64,000 nucleotides of DNA. Source: a bacterium. Lineage in GTDB: Bacteria > Sysuimicrobiota > Sysuimicrobiia > Sysuimicrobiales > Humicultoraceae. Shown here one piece after another: positions 27,376-38,369 of this stretch. Where the stretch lies: NCBI GenBank assembly GCA_041497675.1, contig JBGQGY010000001.1:13727-77726 (forward strand), in the 5' to 3' direction. The position numbers and the translations under genes were made by a program. Numbering within the stretch: the first letter of the stretch is position 1; the number at the start of each line of letters is the position of its first letter. The notes under the pieces are model-generated. The model worked only from the letters and a program-made list of their open reading frames with translations. It searched no databases and was not told the origin of the DNA.

Positions 27376-29358
27376 ATGTCAGGTTGTCACGATGTCGCGA
27401 CTGTTGAGGCGGGCACGAATTCCCGGTTGCCGAGCGTTGCGCTGCTCGGGCACCACAACGTCGGCAAGTCCGTTTTATTTCAGCGCCTGACCGGCCGATT
27501 TGCCTCCGTCGCCAACTACCCGGGAACCACGGTGGAGGTCGCCCAGGGCACGTCGCGCGCGTTGGGCGGCATTCCGGTATTTGACACCCCAGGCGTCCTG
27601 GGGTTTCCCGCACGCTCAGAGGACGAGCAGGCCACGACTCGGGTGCTCCTTTTCGAGCCGCTGAAGGCGATCGTGCAGGTCGGCGACGCGAAGAACCTCC
27701 GGCGCACGCTGCTGCTGACCGTCCAACTCGCCGAGATGGGCGTGCCGTTGGTCCTGGCGTTAAACATGATGGACGAAGCCGGAGCGCGCGGCGTGCGCGT
27801 GGAGAGCGAGCGCTTGAGTCAGCGGCTCGGCCTTCCCGTGCTGCAGACTGTCGCCATCACCGGCACCGGCGTGGACGCGCTCGCCGGCGCGGTGTGTGAG
27901 GTAGGCCTGCCGCGGCTGCACCTGACCTACGGTGCGGAGATCGAGGACGCGCTGGCCGAGATCGGCCCGCAACTGCCGCCTGCGCCGATCTCGCCGCGGG
28001 CACTGGCGCTGCTGTGGCTGAGCCGCGACCACGTGATCGAGTCGTGGGCGGCGGAGCGGCTCGACAACGAGGTGTACCGGCGTCTCGTGGCGCGCCGCGA
28101 GGCGCTGCAGCTGTCCTTCACGGGGCCGATTGCCGAAGTCATCCAGCGCGCCCGTCTCGCTTGGGTCGCCGCGGTTGCCGCCTCGGTCATCACAGCCGAG
28201 GGAAACTGGTGGACCGGTCTGGGAGCGACGCTGGGACGGCTGGCCGCGCACCCGCTGTGGGGGCTGCCGATTCTTGCCGGTGTGTTGTACGGGGTGTACT
28301 GGTTCGTGGGCGTCTTCGGCGCCGGGACCCTTGTTGGTCTCCTGGAGGAACAGCTCTTCGGCGAGATCCTCAACCCTCGCATCACGGCGTGGGTGGGCCG
28401 GGTCATTCCGATCAAGGTGGCTGCCGACTTCTTGGTCGGCGAGTACGGGCTCTGGACGATGGGCATGACCTATGCCCTGGCGCTCATCCTGCCCATCGTC
28501 ACGACGTTCTTCGCCGTGTTCGGTGTGCTTGAGGACTCGGGATACCTACCCCGCCTCGCTGTGCTGAGCAACCGGATCTTTCGTGTGCTCGGTCTCAACG
28601 GGAAGGCGGTGCTTCCCATGGTGCTCGGCCTGGGCTGCGTGACCATGGCCACCCTCACGACGAGAATCCTGGAGAGCCGCCGTGACCGTCTCCTGGTGAT
28701 CCTGCTGCTCGCGCTGGCTGTGCCCTGTTCGGCGCAGCTCGGCGTGGTGATGGGCATGCTGGCCAGCATCTCGCTCGCAGCGACGATGATCTGGGGTGGC
28801 GTGATTGGGCTCGTGCTGCTGGCGGTGGGATGGCTCGCCGCGCGCTTGGTGCCAGGGGAGCGGTCGTTTCTCGTGCTGGAGTTGCCGCCGCTGCGACGCC
28901 CGTCGCTCGCCGGGGTGGCGGCAAAGACCGCTGCGCGGCTTGAGTGGTATCTGAAGGAAGCCTTGCCGCTCTTTCTCGCCGGCTCGGCGCTCGTGTTCCT
29001 CATGGATCGGGTGGGAGCGCTGCCGGCGCTCACCCGGGCCGCGGAGCCGCTCGTCACCGGATGGTTGGGGCTTCCTCCTCAGGCGAGCGCGGCATTCCTG
29101 ATGGGCTTCCTGCGGCGCGACTTCGGGGCCACCGGCCTGTTCGCCCTAGAGTCGCAGGGACTGCTGACGCCGCTGCAGGTCGTGGTGGCGATGGTCACCA
29201 TCACCTTGTTCATCCCCTGTTTCGCCAGCGTGCTGATCATCGCCAAGGAGCGCGGGTCCCGGACCGCGGCGGCGGTGACGGCGCTGGTCTTTCCGCTGGC
29301 GTTCGTGGTGGGTGGCGTGCTGTACAGAATCCTCGGCGCGCTGGGGTGGGGCTCGTGA
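27376..29358 (+). CDS. feoB: Ferrous iron transport protein B (FeoB): G-domain plus polytopic membrane domain
   Basis: G1 GHHNVGKS, G2-G4 (DTPG, NMMDEA) and a gate-motif membrane domain are present. Confidence 0.95.
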   Translation: MSGCHDVATVEAGTNSRLPSVALLGHHNVGKSVLFQRLTGRFASVANYPGTTVEVAQGTSRALGGIPVFDTPGVLGFPARSEDEQATTRVLLFEPLKAIVQVGDAKNLRRTLLLTVQLAEMGVPLVLALNMMDEAGARGVRVESERLSQRLGLPVLQTVAITGTGVDALAGAVCEVGLPRLHLTYGAEIEDALAEIGPQLPPAPISPRALALLWLSRDHVIESWAAERLDNEVYRRLVARREALQLSFTGPIAEVIQRARLAWVAAVAASVITAEGNWWTGLGATLGRLAAHPLWGLPILAGVLYGVYWFVGVFGAGTLVGLLEEQLFGEILNPRITAWVGRVIPIKVAADFLVGEYGLWTMGMTYALALILPIVTTFFAVFGVLEDSGYLPRLAVLSNRIFRVLGLNGKAVLPMVLGLGCVTMATLTTRILESRRDRLLVILLLALAVPCSAQLGVVMGMLASISLAATMIWGGVIGLVLLAVGWLAARLVPGERSFLVLELPPLRRPSLAGVAAKTAARLEWYLKEALPLFLAGSALVFLMDRVGALPALTRAAEPLVTGWLGLPPQASAAFLMGFLRRDFGATGLFALESQGLLTPLQVVVAMVTITLFIPCFASVLIIAKERGSRTAAAVTALVFPLAFVVGGVLYRILGALGWGS

Positions 29359-29369
29359 GGGTACCCCTG

Positions 29370-29831
29370 ATGACTTGCTCGATGTGCGGCCATGTCTACG
29401 ATCCAGCCGACGCGCAGGCTTGCGCTGCGTGCCCGCTGCACACAGGCTGCGCAATGACGTGCTGCCCGGCGTGCGGGTACACCGCGGTCGACCCCAACCG
29501 GTCCACGCTCGCGCGTTGGTTCGCCGGCATCTTCGGCGGGCACACGATTGTGGGTCGGACCGGTACGCACGGGACGGAGTGGGACGGTCCGCGGCCCGAC
29601 CTCATGCTTGCCGACCTATCTCCCGGCGACGAAGCTAGCGTGGTGGACTTCGAGGGGCCCGCCGCGGATAGGCGCGCGCAGTTGCAGGCGTATGGGCTCG
29701 TGCCGGGCCGCCGGCTGCGCGTCGTTCAACAGCGACCGGTTACGGTACTGCTGGTGGATCACACCGAGCTTGCCATTGAAGGGGATCTGGCCCGAGGTAT
29801 CAGGGTGCAACGGCCGGCACTAACCGCGTGA
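29370..29831 (+). CDS. feoA: FeoA-domain protein with N-terminal Cys-rich (8 Cys) putative metal-binding extension
   Basis: The C-terminal about 75 aa has an SH3-like FeoA pattern (LSPGDEASVVDF...LQAYGLVPGRRLRVVQQRPVTVLLVDHTELAIE). The N-terminus reads CSMCGHVYDPADAQACAACPLHTGCAMTCCPAC. Confidence 0.7.
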   Translation: MTCSMCGHVYDPADAQACAACPLHTGCAMTCCPACGYTAVDPNRSTLARWFAGIFGGHTIVGRTGTHGTEWDGPRPDLMLADLSPGDEASVVDFEGPAADRRAQLQAYGLVPGRRLRVVQQRPVTVLLVDHTELAIEGDLARGIRVQRPALTA

Positions 29832-30089
29832 GCGAACGCTCGCGAGATTCGTTAGGTCTTCCATTCGTGCGGTATCTCGAGTCACCGAGCCGTGCGAGGG
29901 AGCGCATCACGTGCCGGTTGCTTTTCCAGCATCAGTTCGACTAGAGTGGACCTGCGTTACGGGCGCGCTAGTCGCTGGCGCGCGCCGACTGGGACTGTTC
30001 GCTCTTAAGCGCCAGGTTGGAAGATCTCTGATCAGGTCCACCAGATTTTCCCCCCGCATACGAGTCGCTAAGAGAGGCACGCAATCGTC

Positions 30090-31055
30090 ATGACACGTCT
30101 GTATCCAGAGATCGAACCGTACGAACATGGCATGTTGGAGGTGGGTGACGGCAACCGCGTGTACTGGGAGACATGCGGCGATCCTCGCGGCAAGCCGGCC
30201 GTCGTCTTGCACGGTGGTCCGGGTTCGGGATGTGTGGAGTGGCACCGCAGGCTATTCGATCCCACTGCCTATCGCGTCGTGTTGTTCGATCAGCGAGGCT
30301 GCGGGCGAAGCACGCCACACGCAAGCGCCCCCGATACGGACCTGGCGAGCAACCACACCGCACACCTGATCGCGGACATTGAACTGTTGCGTCAACACCT
30401 GGATGTCGACCGATGGTTGGCATTCGGCGGATCCTGGGGCAGCACGTTGGCGCTCGCCTACGCCGAAACGTATCCGGATCGGGTCACGGAGATGATCTTG
30501 TTTGGTGTGACGACCGGACGCCACAGCGAGTTTGACTGGACGTTCCGTGGCGGTGTAGCCGTCTTTTTCCCCGAGCAATGGGACCGTCTCCGCGCTGCCG
30601 TGCCGGTCGCCAAACGAGACGGCGATCTCGTCGAGGCCTACCACCGATTGCTGAACGATCCCGACCACACGGTCCGCCGGCAAGCCGCCGAGGCCTGGTG
30701 CATGTGGGAATCGGCGACACCCGCGTGGCCTCCGACGACTGGACTCGCCGAACGATTCACCAATCCCACCTTTGCGATGGCGTTTGCGCGCATCGTGACC
30801 CACTACGTCCGGCACAATGCATGGCTGGAAGACGGGCGCTTGCTCCGCGACGCCGGCTCGCTGGCCGGAATCCCCGGGACACTGGTGAACGGACGCTTTG
30901 ATTTTCAAGCACCGATCGCCAACGCGTGGGAGCTCAAGCGCGTGTGGCCACGCGCCGAGCTCGTGATCGTTGACGACGCTGGCCACGGCGCCAAGCACCC
31001 GGGCCTCACCCAAGAACTGATCCGCGCCACCGACCAATTCGCAAGGCTCCGATAG
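30090..31055 (+). CDS. pip: Prolyl aminopeptidase (proline iminopeptidase, S33 alpha/beta hydrolase)
   Basis: HGGPGSG, GGSWGSTLALAYA (nucleophile elbow) and a C-terminal His context are present. SD AGAGAGG. Confidence 0.9.
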   Translation: MTRLYPEIEPYEHGMLEVGDGNRVYWETCGDPRGKPAVVLHGGPGSGCVEWHRRLFDPTAYRVVLFDQRGCGRSTPHASAPDTDLASNHTAHLIADIELLRQHLDVDRWLAFGGSWGSTLALAYAETYPDRVTEMILFGVTTGRHSEFDWTFRGGVAVFFPEQWDRLRAAVPVAKRDGDLVEAYHRLLNDPDHTVRRQAAEAWCMWESATPAWPPTTGLAERFTNPTFAMAFARIVTHYVRHNAWLEDGRLLRDAGSLAGIPGTLVNGRFDFQAPIANAWELKRVWPRAELVIVDDAGHGAKHPGLTQELIRATDQFARLR

Positions 31056-31136
31056 GGTATGATGGTAACCGTGCCGGTCATATCGGGAGAGGATGTCGGG
31101 AACTCGGTCCGGACCGAGTTGGGCACCGGTGCGTCT

Positions 31137-32894
<1,758 letters not shown>

Positions 32895-32913
32895 CGACCC
32901 AGGAGGGGATACG

Positions 32914-33297
32914 ATGAAGTACCGCTTTCATCACATCCACGTGATCTGCCGCGACCTGCCGGCCAGTGAGGCGTTCTTCGCGAACGACCTGGGGGCCACG
33001 CTTGTTGAGCGCCGCAAGTTTGGGACTGCCGATGGAGCGATCATCGACCTCGACGGGACGCGCATCTACCTCCGCGCGCGCCGGGAGGGCGACGCCATCA
33101 CGGGTGACTCCACCAACGCGCGGTTTGGTTACGACCATATCGGACTTCAGGTCGACGACCTCGATGCCGCGTACAAGGCCCTGTCAGGGAAAGGGTACGT
33201 CTTTTTCATGCCTCCCCAGCAGCAAGGGGACATGCGGATCGCGTTTCTCAAAGGACCGGACAACATCACCATCGAGCTCCTCCAACCCCTCGGCTGA
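32914..33297 (+). CDS. VOC family protein (glyoxalase/bleomycin resistance/dioxygenase fold)
   Basis: HHIHVICRDL and HIGLQVDDLDAAYKAL are typical of the VOC fold. SD AGGAGGGG. Confidence 0.75.
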   Translation: MKYRFHHIHVICRDLPASEAFFANDLGATLVERRKFGTADGAIIDLDGTRIYLRARREGDAITGDSTNARFGYDHIGLQVDDLDAAYKALSGKGYVFFMPPQQQGDMRIAFLKGPDNITIELLQPLG

Positions 33298-33315
33298 CTA
33301 TCGCTTCAATTTCCC

Positions 33316-34107
33316 TCAGTCGAGCGCCTCGTCCTTGACGGGAACAGTGTAGTTGAGTCCGAGCCGACCGCCGTCGGCGTAGATGGTCTGGCTGGTGACA
33401 TAGCTCGCATCCGCCGAGGCGAGGAAGCAGGCGACGGCGGCGATCTCATCTGGGTCGCCGATGCGCCCGAGCGGCGTGCGCGTGAGCAGCCGGCGTTTTG
33501 CCTCTTTATCGGTCGCCACGGCCTGCAGGATTTCGGTCTGGATGGAGCCGGGGCCGATGGCGTTCACCCGAATGCCGAACGGCGCGAGCGACAGCGCCAT
33601 GACCTTCGTGAGTTGGTCGAGCCCGCCCTTGGACACGCAATACGGCACCTGGTTGGGAATCGCGACGACGGCATTAATGGAACTCATGTTGATGATCGTG
33701 CCGGGAGGCCTGCCCGCCTTCACCTGCGCCACCATCTGTCGTGCCGCCGCCTGACCGACCAGGAACGCCCCCTTGAGGTTGGTCCGGAGTACGCGATCGA
33801 AGTCGGCTTCTGAGACGTCGAGAAAATCGGCGGAATGGACGATGCCGGCGTTGTTGACGAGGATGTCGACACCGCCCAGCGCCGATGCCCCAGCGACCAG
33901 CCTGCGCGCCTGGCCCGCGTCACCCACGTCGGTCATGATGAAGCGGCAGCGGTCGCCGAGCGCGGCCGCACTGGCCTCGCCGGTCTTCTGGTCGATGTCG
34001 CCGATGACGACCCTAGCGCCTTCCGCGACGTAGCGCTTGGCAATCGCAAATCCGATCCCGCGCGCCCCGCCGGTGACGATCGCGATCTTGTTGTCGAGTT
34101 TGCCCAT
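33316..34107 (-). CDS. SDR family NAD(P)-dependent oxidoreductase
   Basis: TGGARGIG, NNAG and the YxxxK catalytic motif (YCVSKGG) are present. Confidence 0.9.
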   Translation of the reverse strand: MGKLDNKIAIVTGGARGIGFAIAKRYVAEGARVVIGDIDQKTGEASAAALGDRCRFIMTDVGDAGQARRLVAGASALGGVDILVNNAGIVHSADFLDVSEADFDRVLRTNLKGAFLVGQAAARQMVAQVKAGRPPGTIINMSSINAVVAIPNQVPYCVSKGGLDQLTKVMALSLAPFGIRVNAIGPGSIQTEILQAVATDKEAKRRLLTRTPLGRIGDPDEIAAVACFLASADASYVTSQTIYADGGRLGLNYTVPVKDEALD

Positions 34108-34207
34108 GGGAATCTCAGTTCAAGACCCGTATTGCGCGCACCTTGTGGCGGCGTGAAACGGCCGCCCGGTCACAGGAGCCGGTGCACGCCGGACGAATTG
34201 AAGGTGC

Positions 34208-34882
34208 ATGGAATTCTATGACGTCATGCGTACGACGTTTTCCGCGCGTGAGTTCACCGCGGATCCGCTCCCAGATGACACCCTCTTCAAGATCCTGAAC
34301 GTCGCCCGATTCGCGCCCAGCGGCGGCAATCGGCAGGGGTGGCGCGTGGTGGTCGTGCGCGATCGCGCCACGCGTGAGGCGATCGCCGCGCTGAACGCCC
34401 CAACCGCCAGACGCTATATGGCGCAGGTGCATGCCGGCGAGAACCCCTGGAACACCATCGATCCCACGACGGTTGACGCGGCGACCATCGAGCAGACGCG
34501 GGTGCCGGCGCGGATGACCGAGCCGCTGCTCACGGCGCCGGCGGTCCTCATCCTCTGCGTCGATCTCAAGGTGGTGGCGTCGACGGATCAATATTTGAAA
34601 CGGGTCGGCATCGTCAGCGGGGCGTCGATCTATCCCTTTGCGTGGAGCATCCTGCTGGCCGCGCGGCACGAGGGGTTTGGAGGCACCATCACCACGCTCG
34701 CGATCGCGCAGGAACCGCAACTGCAGTCGCTCCTGGGTATCCCCCCGCACGTCGCCGTATGCGCCATCATGCCGCTCGGCCGTCCGGTGCGCCAGCTGAG
34801 GCGGCTCAAGCGGAAGGCGGTCCCGGAATTTGCGATGCTCGAGCGCTGGGGTGGTCCGCCGCTGAACGTGGCCAGGCGCTGA
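34208..34882 (+). CDS. Nitroreductase family protein
   Basis: The RTTFSAREF, APSGGNRQGWRVVVV motifs are present. Confidence 0.8.
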   Translation: MEFYDVMRTTFSAREFTADPLPDDTLFKILNVARFAPSGGNRQGWRVVVVRDRATREAIAALNAPTARRYMAQVHAGENPWNTIDPTTVDAATIEQTRVPARMTEPLLTAPAVLILCVDLKVVASTDQYLKRVGIVSGASIYPFAWSILLAARHEGFGGTITTLAIAQEPQLQSLLGIPPHVAVCAIMPLGRPVRQLRRLKRKAVPEFAMLERWGGPPLNVARR

Positions 34883-34900
34883 TCCAGCGGATCTTCGGGT

Positions 34901-35845
34901 ATGGGGACGTATCTGCTCAAACGTCTACTGGGAAGCCTGCCGCTGATGCTGGGCGTCTCCATGCTCGTCTTTGGCATCCTCCAGGCCATGCCGGGCGGCC
35001 CCCTGGCGGTCTACCTGGACAATCCCTTCATCACCGGCAAAGACCTGGCCCTGCTCAAGCACCAGCTCGGTCTCGACCAGCCGGTGCACGTCCAGTACGT
35101 CAAGTGGTTTAGCGCCTTTCTGACCGGCCAATGGGGGATCAGCTTTTCGTCGGGCGAACCCGTGGCCAAACTTATCAGCGCCCGGTTGCCCGCGACCGTT
35201 CTCCTGATGGGCACCGCCTTCGTCATTGCCACGATCTTTTCGGTCACGACAGGCGTGTACAGCGCCGTCCGACACTACTCTGCCTTCGACTATAGTGTGA
35301 CCGTCTTCTCACTCCTCGGGATCTCCATGCCGGTCTTCTGGTTTGGACTGATGCTGCAGCTACTGCTGGCCGTTCACCTCGGATGGCTACCCGTGGCCGG
35401 TTTTGGAGAGGCCGGGAACGTGGCGGACATCGTCCGTCATCTCGTTCTGCCGGCGACCGTGCTGTCGCTGCTGAGCGCCGGACGGTGGAGCCGGTACACG
35501 CGGGCGGGCGTCCTCGAGGTCCTCAGCCAAGACTACGTCCGCACCGCGCGGGCGAAGGGACTTCCGGAACGGGCGGTCATCTTTCGCCACGCGCTACGGA
35601 CGAGTCTGACACCGGTCGTGACCATCATGGCGCTGGACCTCGCGGGGCTGTTCTCCGGCGCGGTGGTGACCGAGACGGTGTTTGCCTGGCCGGGGATGGG
35701 GAGTCTTCTGATCCAATCGGTCTCGAAGGTGGACTACCCTGCCATCCTGGCGATCCTGATGGTCAGCTCGTTCGCCATCGTCCTGTCGAACCTACTCGCG
35801 GATGTGAGCTACAGCCTGCTCGACCCCAGGATCGTGTACCGCTAA
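34901..35845 (+). CDS. ABC transporter permease (DppB/OppB-like, peptide/nickel family)
   Basis: BPD_transp_1 EAA-like region. N-terminal MGTYLLKRLLGSLPLMLGVSMLVF is typical of DppB. Confidence 0.9.
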   Translation: MGTYLLKRLLGSLPLMLGVSMLVFGILQAMPGGPLAVYLDNPFITGKDLALLKHQLGLDQPVHVQYVKWFSAFLTGQWGISFSSGEPVAKLISARLPATVLLMGTAFVIATIFSVTTGVYSAVRHYSAFDYSVTVFSLLGISMPVFWFGLMLQLLLAVHLGWLPVAGFGEAGNVADIVRHLVLPATVLSLLSAGRWSRYTRAGVLEVLSQDYVRTARAKGLPERAVIFRHALRTSLTPVVTIMALDLAGLFSGAVVTETVFAWPGMGSLLIQSVSKVDYPAILAILMVSSFAIVLSNLLADVSYSLLDPRIVYR

Positions 35846-35850
35846 CTGTT

Positions 35851-36720
35851 ATGAGCGCACACGTGGTTGCCACTCTCACCTCCAGTCTGTACGCCGACGC
35901 GTGGAAACGGTTCGTCAGGCACCGCCTCGCCTTGGGGGGACTGGTCGTCCTGTTGATCCTTGGAGGGGCCGCGCTGGGGGCGCCCATCCTCGCACGCTAC
36001 GCGCCAAATCAGCTTGACCTCCGCAACATGGGGTCGCCGCCGTCGCGCGCACACTGGTTTGGCACCGACGACCTGGGGCGGGATGAATTCAGCCGATCGC
36101 TGCATGCGGGCCGTGTGTCGCTCTCCATCGGGATATTGAGCGCTTCGGTAGCCGCGCTCGTCGGCACCACTGTTGGGGCCTTCGCAGGATATTATGGGGG
36201 CATCGTGGAAAGCGCGCTGATGCGACTGGTGGACGTGGTGTTGTCCGTGCCGCCGCTTCCCCTCGTGATAGTCCTGTCGGCCATCACCAAGCCGACGCCC
36301 CTGATCCTGATTCTGATCATCGCCGGCATCGGGTGGATGGGGACGGCGCGCTTGGTGCGGAGTTCGCTGCTCACGATCCGAGAGGGGGAGTACGTCGAAG
36401 CCGCCCGGGCGATGGGATGCAGCAGTCTGCGCATCATCCTCCGGCACGCACTACCGAACTGTCTTGCCCCGGTGATCGTCGCGGGTACGCTCGCGGTCGG
36501 CAATGCGATCATCACTGAGTCGGTGCTGTCGTATCTCGGGGTTGGGGTGCAACCACCGACGGCGACCTGGGGGAACATGCTCAAGAACGCGCAGTCGACG
36601 ATGACGACCAGGCCGTGGTTGGCGATCTTCCCTGGGTTGTTCATCATGCTCAGCCTCCTCAGCGTGAATGCACTGGGTGATGGCCTGCGTGATGCGCTCG
36701 ATGTCCGCTTGAAGACGTAG
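35851..36720 (+). CDS. ABC transporter permease (DppC/OppC-like)
   Basis: The N-terminal OppC_N-like segment and EAA motif region are present. The start is taken at ATG 35851, not the long overlapping upstream extension. Confidence 0.9.
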   Translation: MSAHVVATLTSSLYADAWKRFVRHRLALGGLVVLLILGGAALGAPILARYAPNQLDLRNMGSPPSRAHWFGTDDLGRDEFSRSLHAGRVSLSIGILSASVAALVGTTVGAFAGYYGGIVESALMRLVDVVLSVPPLPLVIVLSAITKPTPLILILIIAGIGWMGTARLVRSSLLTIREGEYVEAARAMGCSSLRIILRHALPNCLAPVIVAGTLAVGNAIITESVLSYLGVGVQPPTATWGNMLKNAQSTMTTRPWLAIFPGLFIMLSLLSVNALGDGLRDALDVRLKT

Positions 36721-38366
36721 TGTCTATCCGAAGGGGGGCACGGACGGTGTCGAGATCCTACGCGCGTGGACGATGGCTCAGCCTACCGTTGGTCATCGCG
36801 CTATTGGCGATGGTCGTGACGATGGGTGGGCCGGGGGCGATCGGCGCCCCGAGGGACGACGAGGTGGTGGTGGCATTCGACAAAGAGCCCGACACGCTCA
36901 ACCCATACTCCACCAATACATTGTCGGCCAAGGAGCTCAACGTCGTCGAAGGGTTTCATGTCACAAACGACAACATGCAGCACGTCCCGCGCATCGTGCA
37001 GCGGGTTCCCTCGCTGACCAACGCCGGTCTGACGATGACTGCCGGCAAGATGACGGTGACCTGGAGGCTCAAACCCGACCAGAAGTGGAGCGACGGGAAG
37101 CCCGTGACCTCGGCCGACGCGGAGTTTACGTACAAGACCATGACCGACCCGACGTTTCGGGTGGATAGTCGGGCCGGGTGGCCGGTTATCGAGTCCGTCA
37201 GGACCCCGGACCCATTAACCGTTGTCGTGGCGTTCAAAGAACATTACGCGGCGTACCGAGATCTGTTCAGGTACCTCCTGCCAAAGCACGTTCTCGAGGG
37301 GAAAGACCTGAATACGTTTTCGGAGTACAACCGCTCTCCGGTCACCACCGCGCCCTTTATGGTTCAGCAGTGGGTGCCCGGGCAGTTCATCGTGTTGGTC
37401 GCCAACCCCAACTACCGCGGGGCGGCGCAGGGTCTTCCCCACTTCAAGAAGATGACCTGGCGGTTTGTGCCGGATGCGAACACACGGATGAACATGCTCA
37501 AGGCGGGCGAGGTCCAGATCGCGTGGGCGGTGCCGTTTGATCAGATCAAGGCGTTGCAGGCGATCTCCCGGCTGAAGGTCGTCGTCCACCCGCTGAATGC
37601 GTGGATGCACTTTGACTTTAACCTCCGGAAACCGATGTTCCAGGACGTGCGGATGCGGCAGGCGGTCGCTTACGCGATCGACAAAGAAGCCATCGTGACT
37701 CAGGTGCTGGGCGGACTCGGGAAACCGGCCGGTCCTCCCATGACGCCGCTGTCATGGGCATACAATCCCAATGCGTACAGCCAGTACAAATTCGACCTCG
37801 CCAAAGCCAGACAGTTGGTGGCCGAGGCCGGATGGCGACCGGGTCCCGACGGCATTCTTCAAAAGGACGGCAAACCGTTTACCTTCGACAATTGCCACAA
37901 CATCGGCGATGCGACGCAGGAGCGCGTGCAGCAGGTCATCCAGGCCATGCTTCGACAGATCGGTATGAATATGGAAATTCGAAACTTTTCCCCAACGGTG
38001 TACGGTGGGATCCGGTTCCGGGGCGAGTGCGACACGCTCTTTCACCGCTGGATCGTCCCCGCAACGCCGGTGCTCTCGATCTTCTACGCCGCCGACGCCA
38101 CGCCGCCGAACGGGCTCAACCAGGTCTTTTACATCAACGCCGAGATCACGGATATTATCAAGGAGGCTGAAGGCACCGTCGATCAGCCGAAGGCCAAAGC
38201 GTTGTTCTGGCGGGCCCAGGAGATTCTGGCGCGCGACTTGCCGACAATCCCGATCTACTACCTGGTGGGGGCGCAGGCGACGACAACGCGGCTGACCGGG
38301 CTCGTGGGCAACCCGACCAACGACGGCGACGGCTGGAACTCAGAAGTATGGAAGATGGGGCCCTAG
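36720..38366 (+). CDS. ABC transporter substrate-binding protein, family 5 (peptide/nickel)
   Basis: Signal peptide plus SBP_bac_5 features (WSDGKPVTSADAEFTYK). GTG start overlapping the permease stop. Confidence 0.85.
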   Translation: MSIRRGARTVSRSYARGRWLSLPLVIALLAMVVTMGGPGAIGAPRDDEVVVAFDKEPDTLNPYSTNTLSAKELNVVEGFHVTNDNMQHVPRIVQRVPSLTNAGLTMTAGKMTVTWRLKPDQKWSDGKPVTSADAEFTYKTMTDPTFRVDSRAGWPVIESVRTPDPLTVVVAFKEHYAAYRDLFRYLLPKHVLEGKDLNTFSEYNRSPVTTAPFMVQQWVPGQFIVLVANPNYRGAAQGLPHFKKMTWRFVPDANTRMNMLKAGEVQIAWAVPFDQIKALQAISRLKVVVHPLNAWMHFDFNLRKPMFQDVRMRQAVAYAIDKEAIVTQVLGGLGKPAGPPMTPLSWAYNPNAYSQYKFDLAKARQLVAEAGWRPGPDGILQKDGKPFTFDNCHNIGDATQERVQQVIQAMLRQIGMNMEIRNFSPTVYGGIRFRGECDTLFHRWIVPATPVLSIFYAADATPPNGLNQVFYINAEITDIIKEAEGTVDQPKAKALFWRAQEILARDLPTIPIYYLVGAQATTTRLTGLVGNPTNDGDGWNSEVWKMGP

Positions 38367-38369
38367 CAG

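Noticed and set aside
26633-27376. Possible genomic island integrated at tRNA-Val (lower-GC DNA downstream of the tRNA)
   Set aside because: No integrase, transposase or phage gene is present. No duplicated tRNA 3' segment was seen nearby. Downstream genes (feoBA, pip, typA) are ordinary chromosomal functions. The low-GC stretch is confined to one intergenic promoter region.
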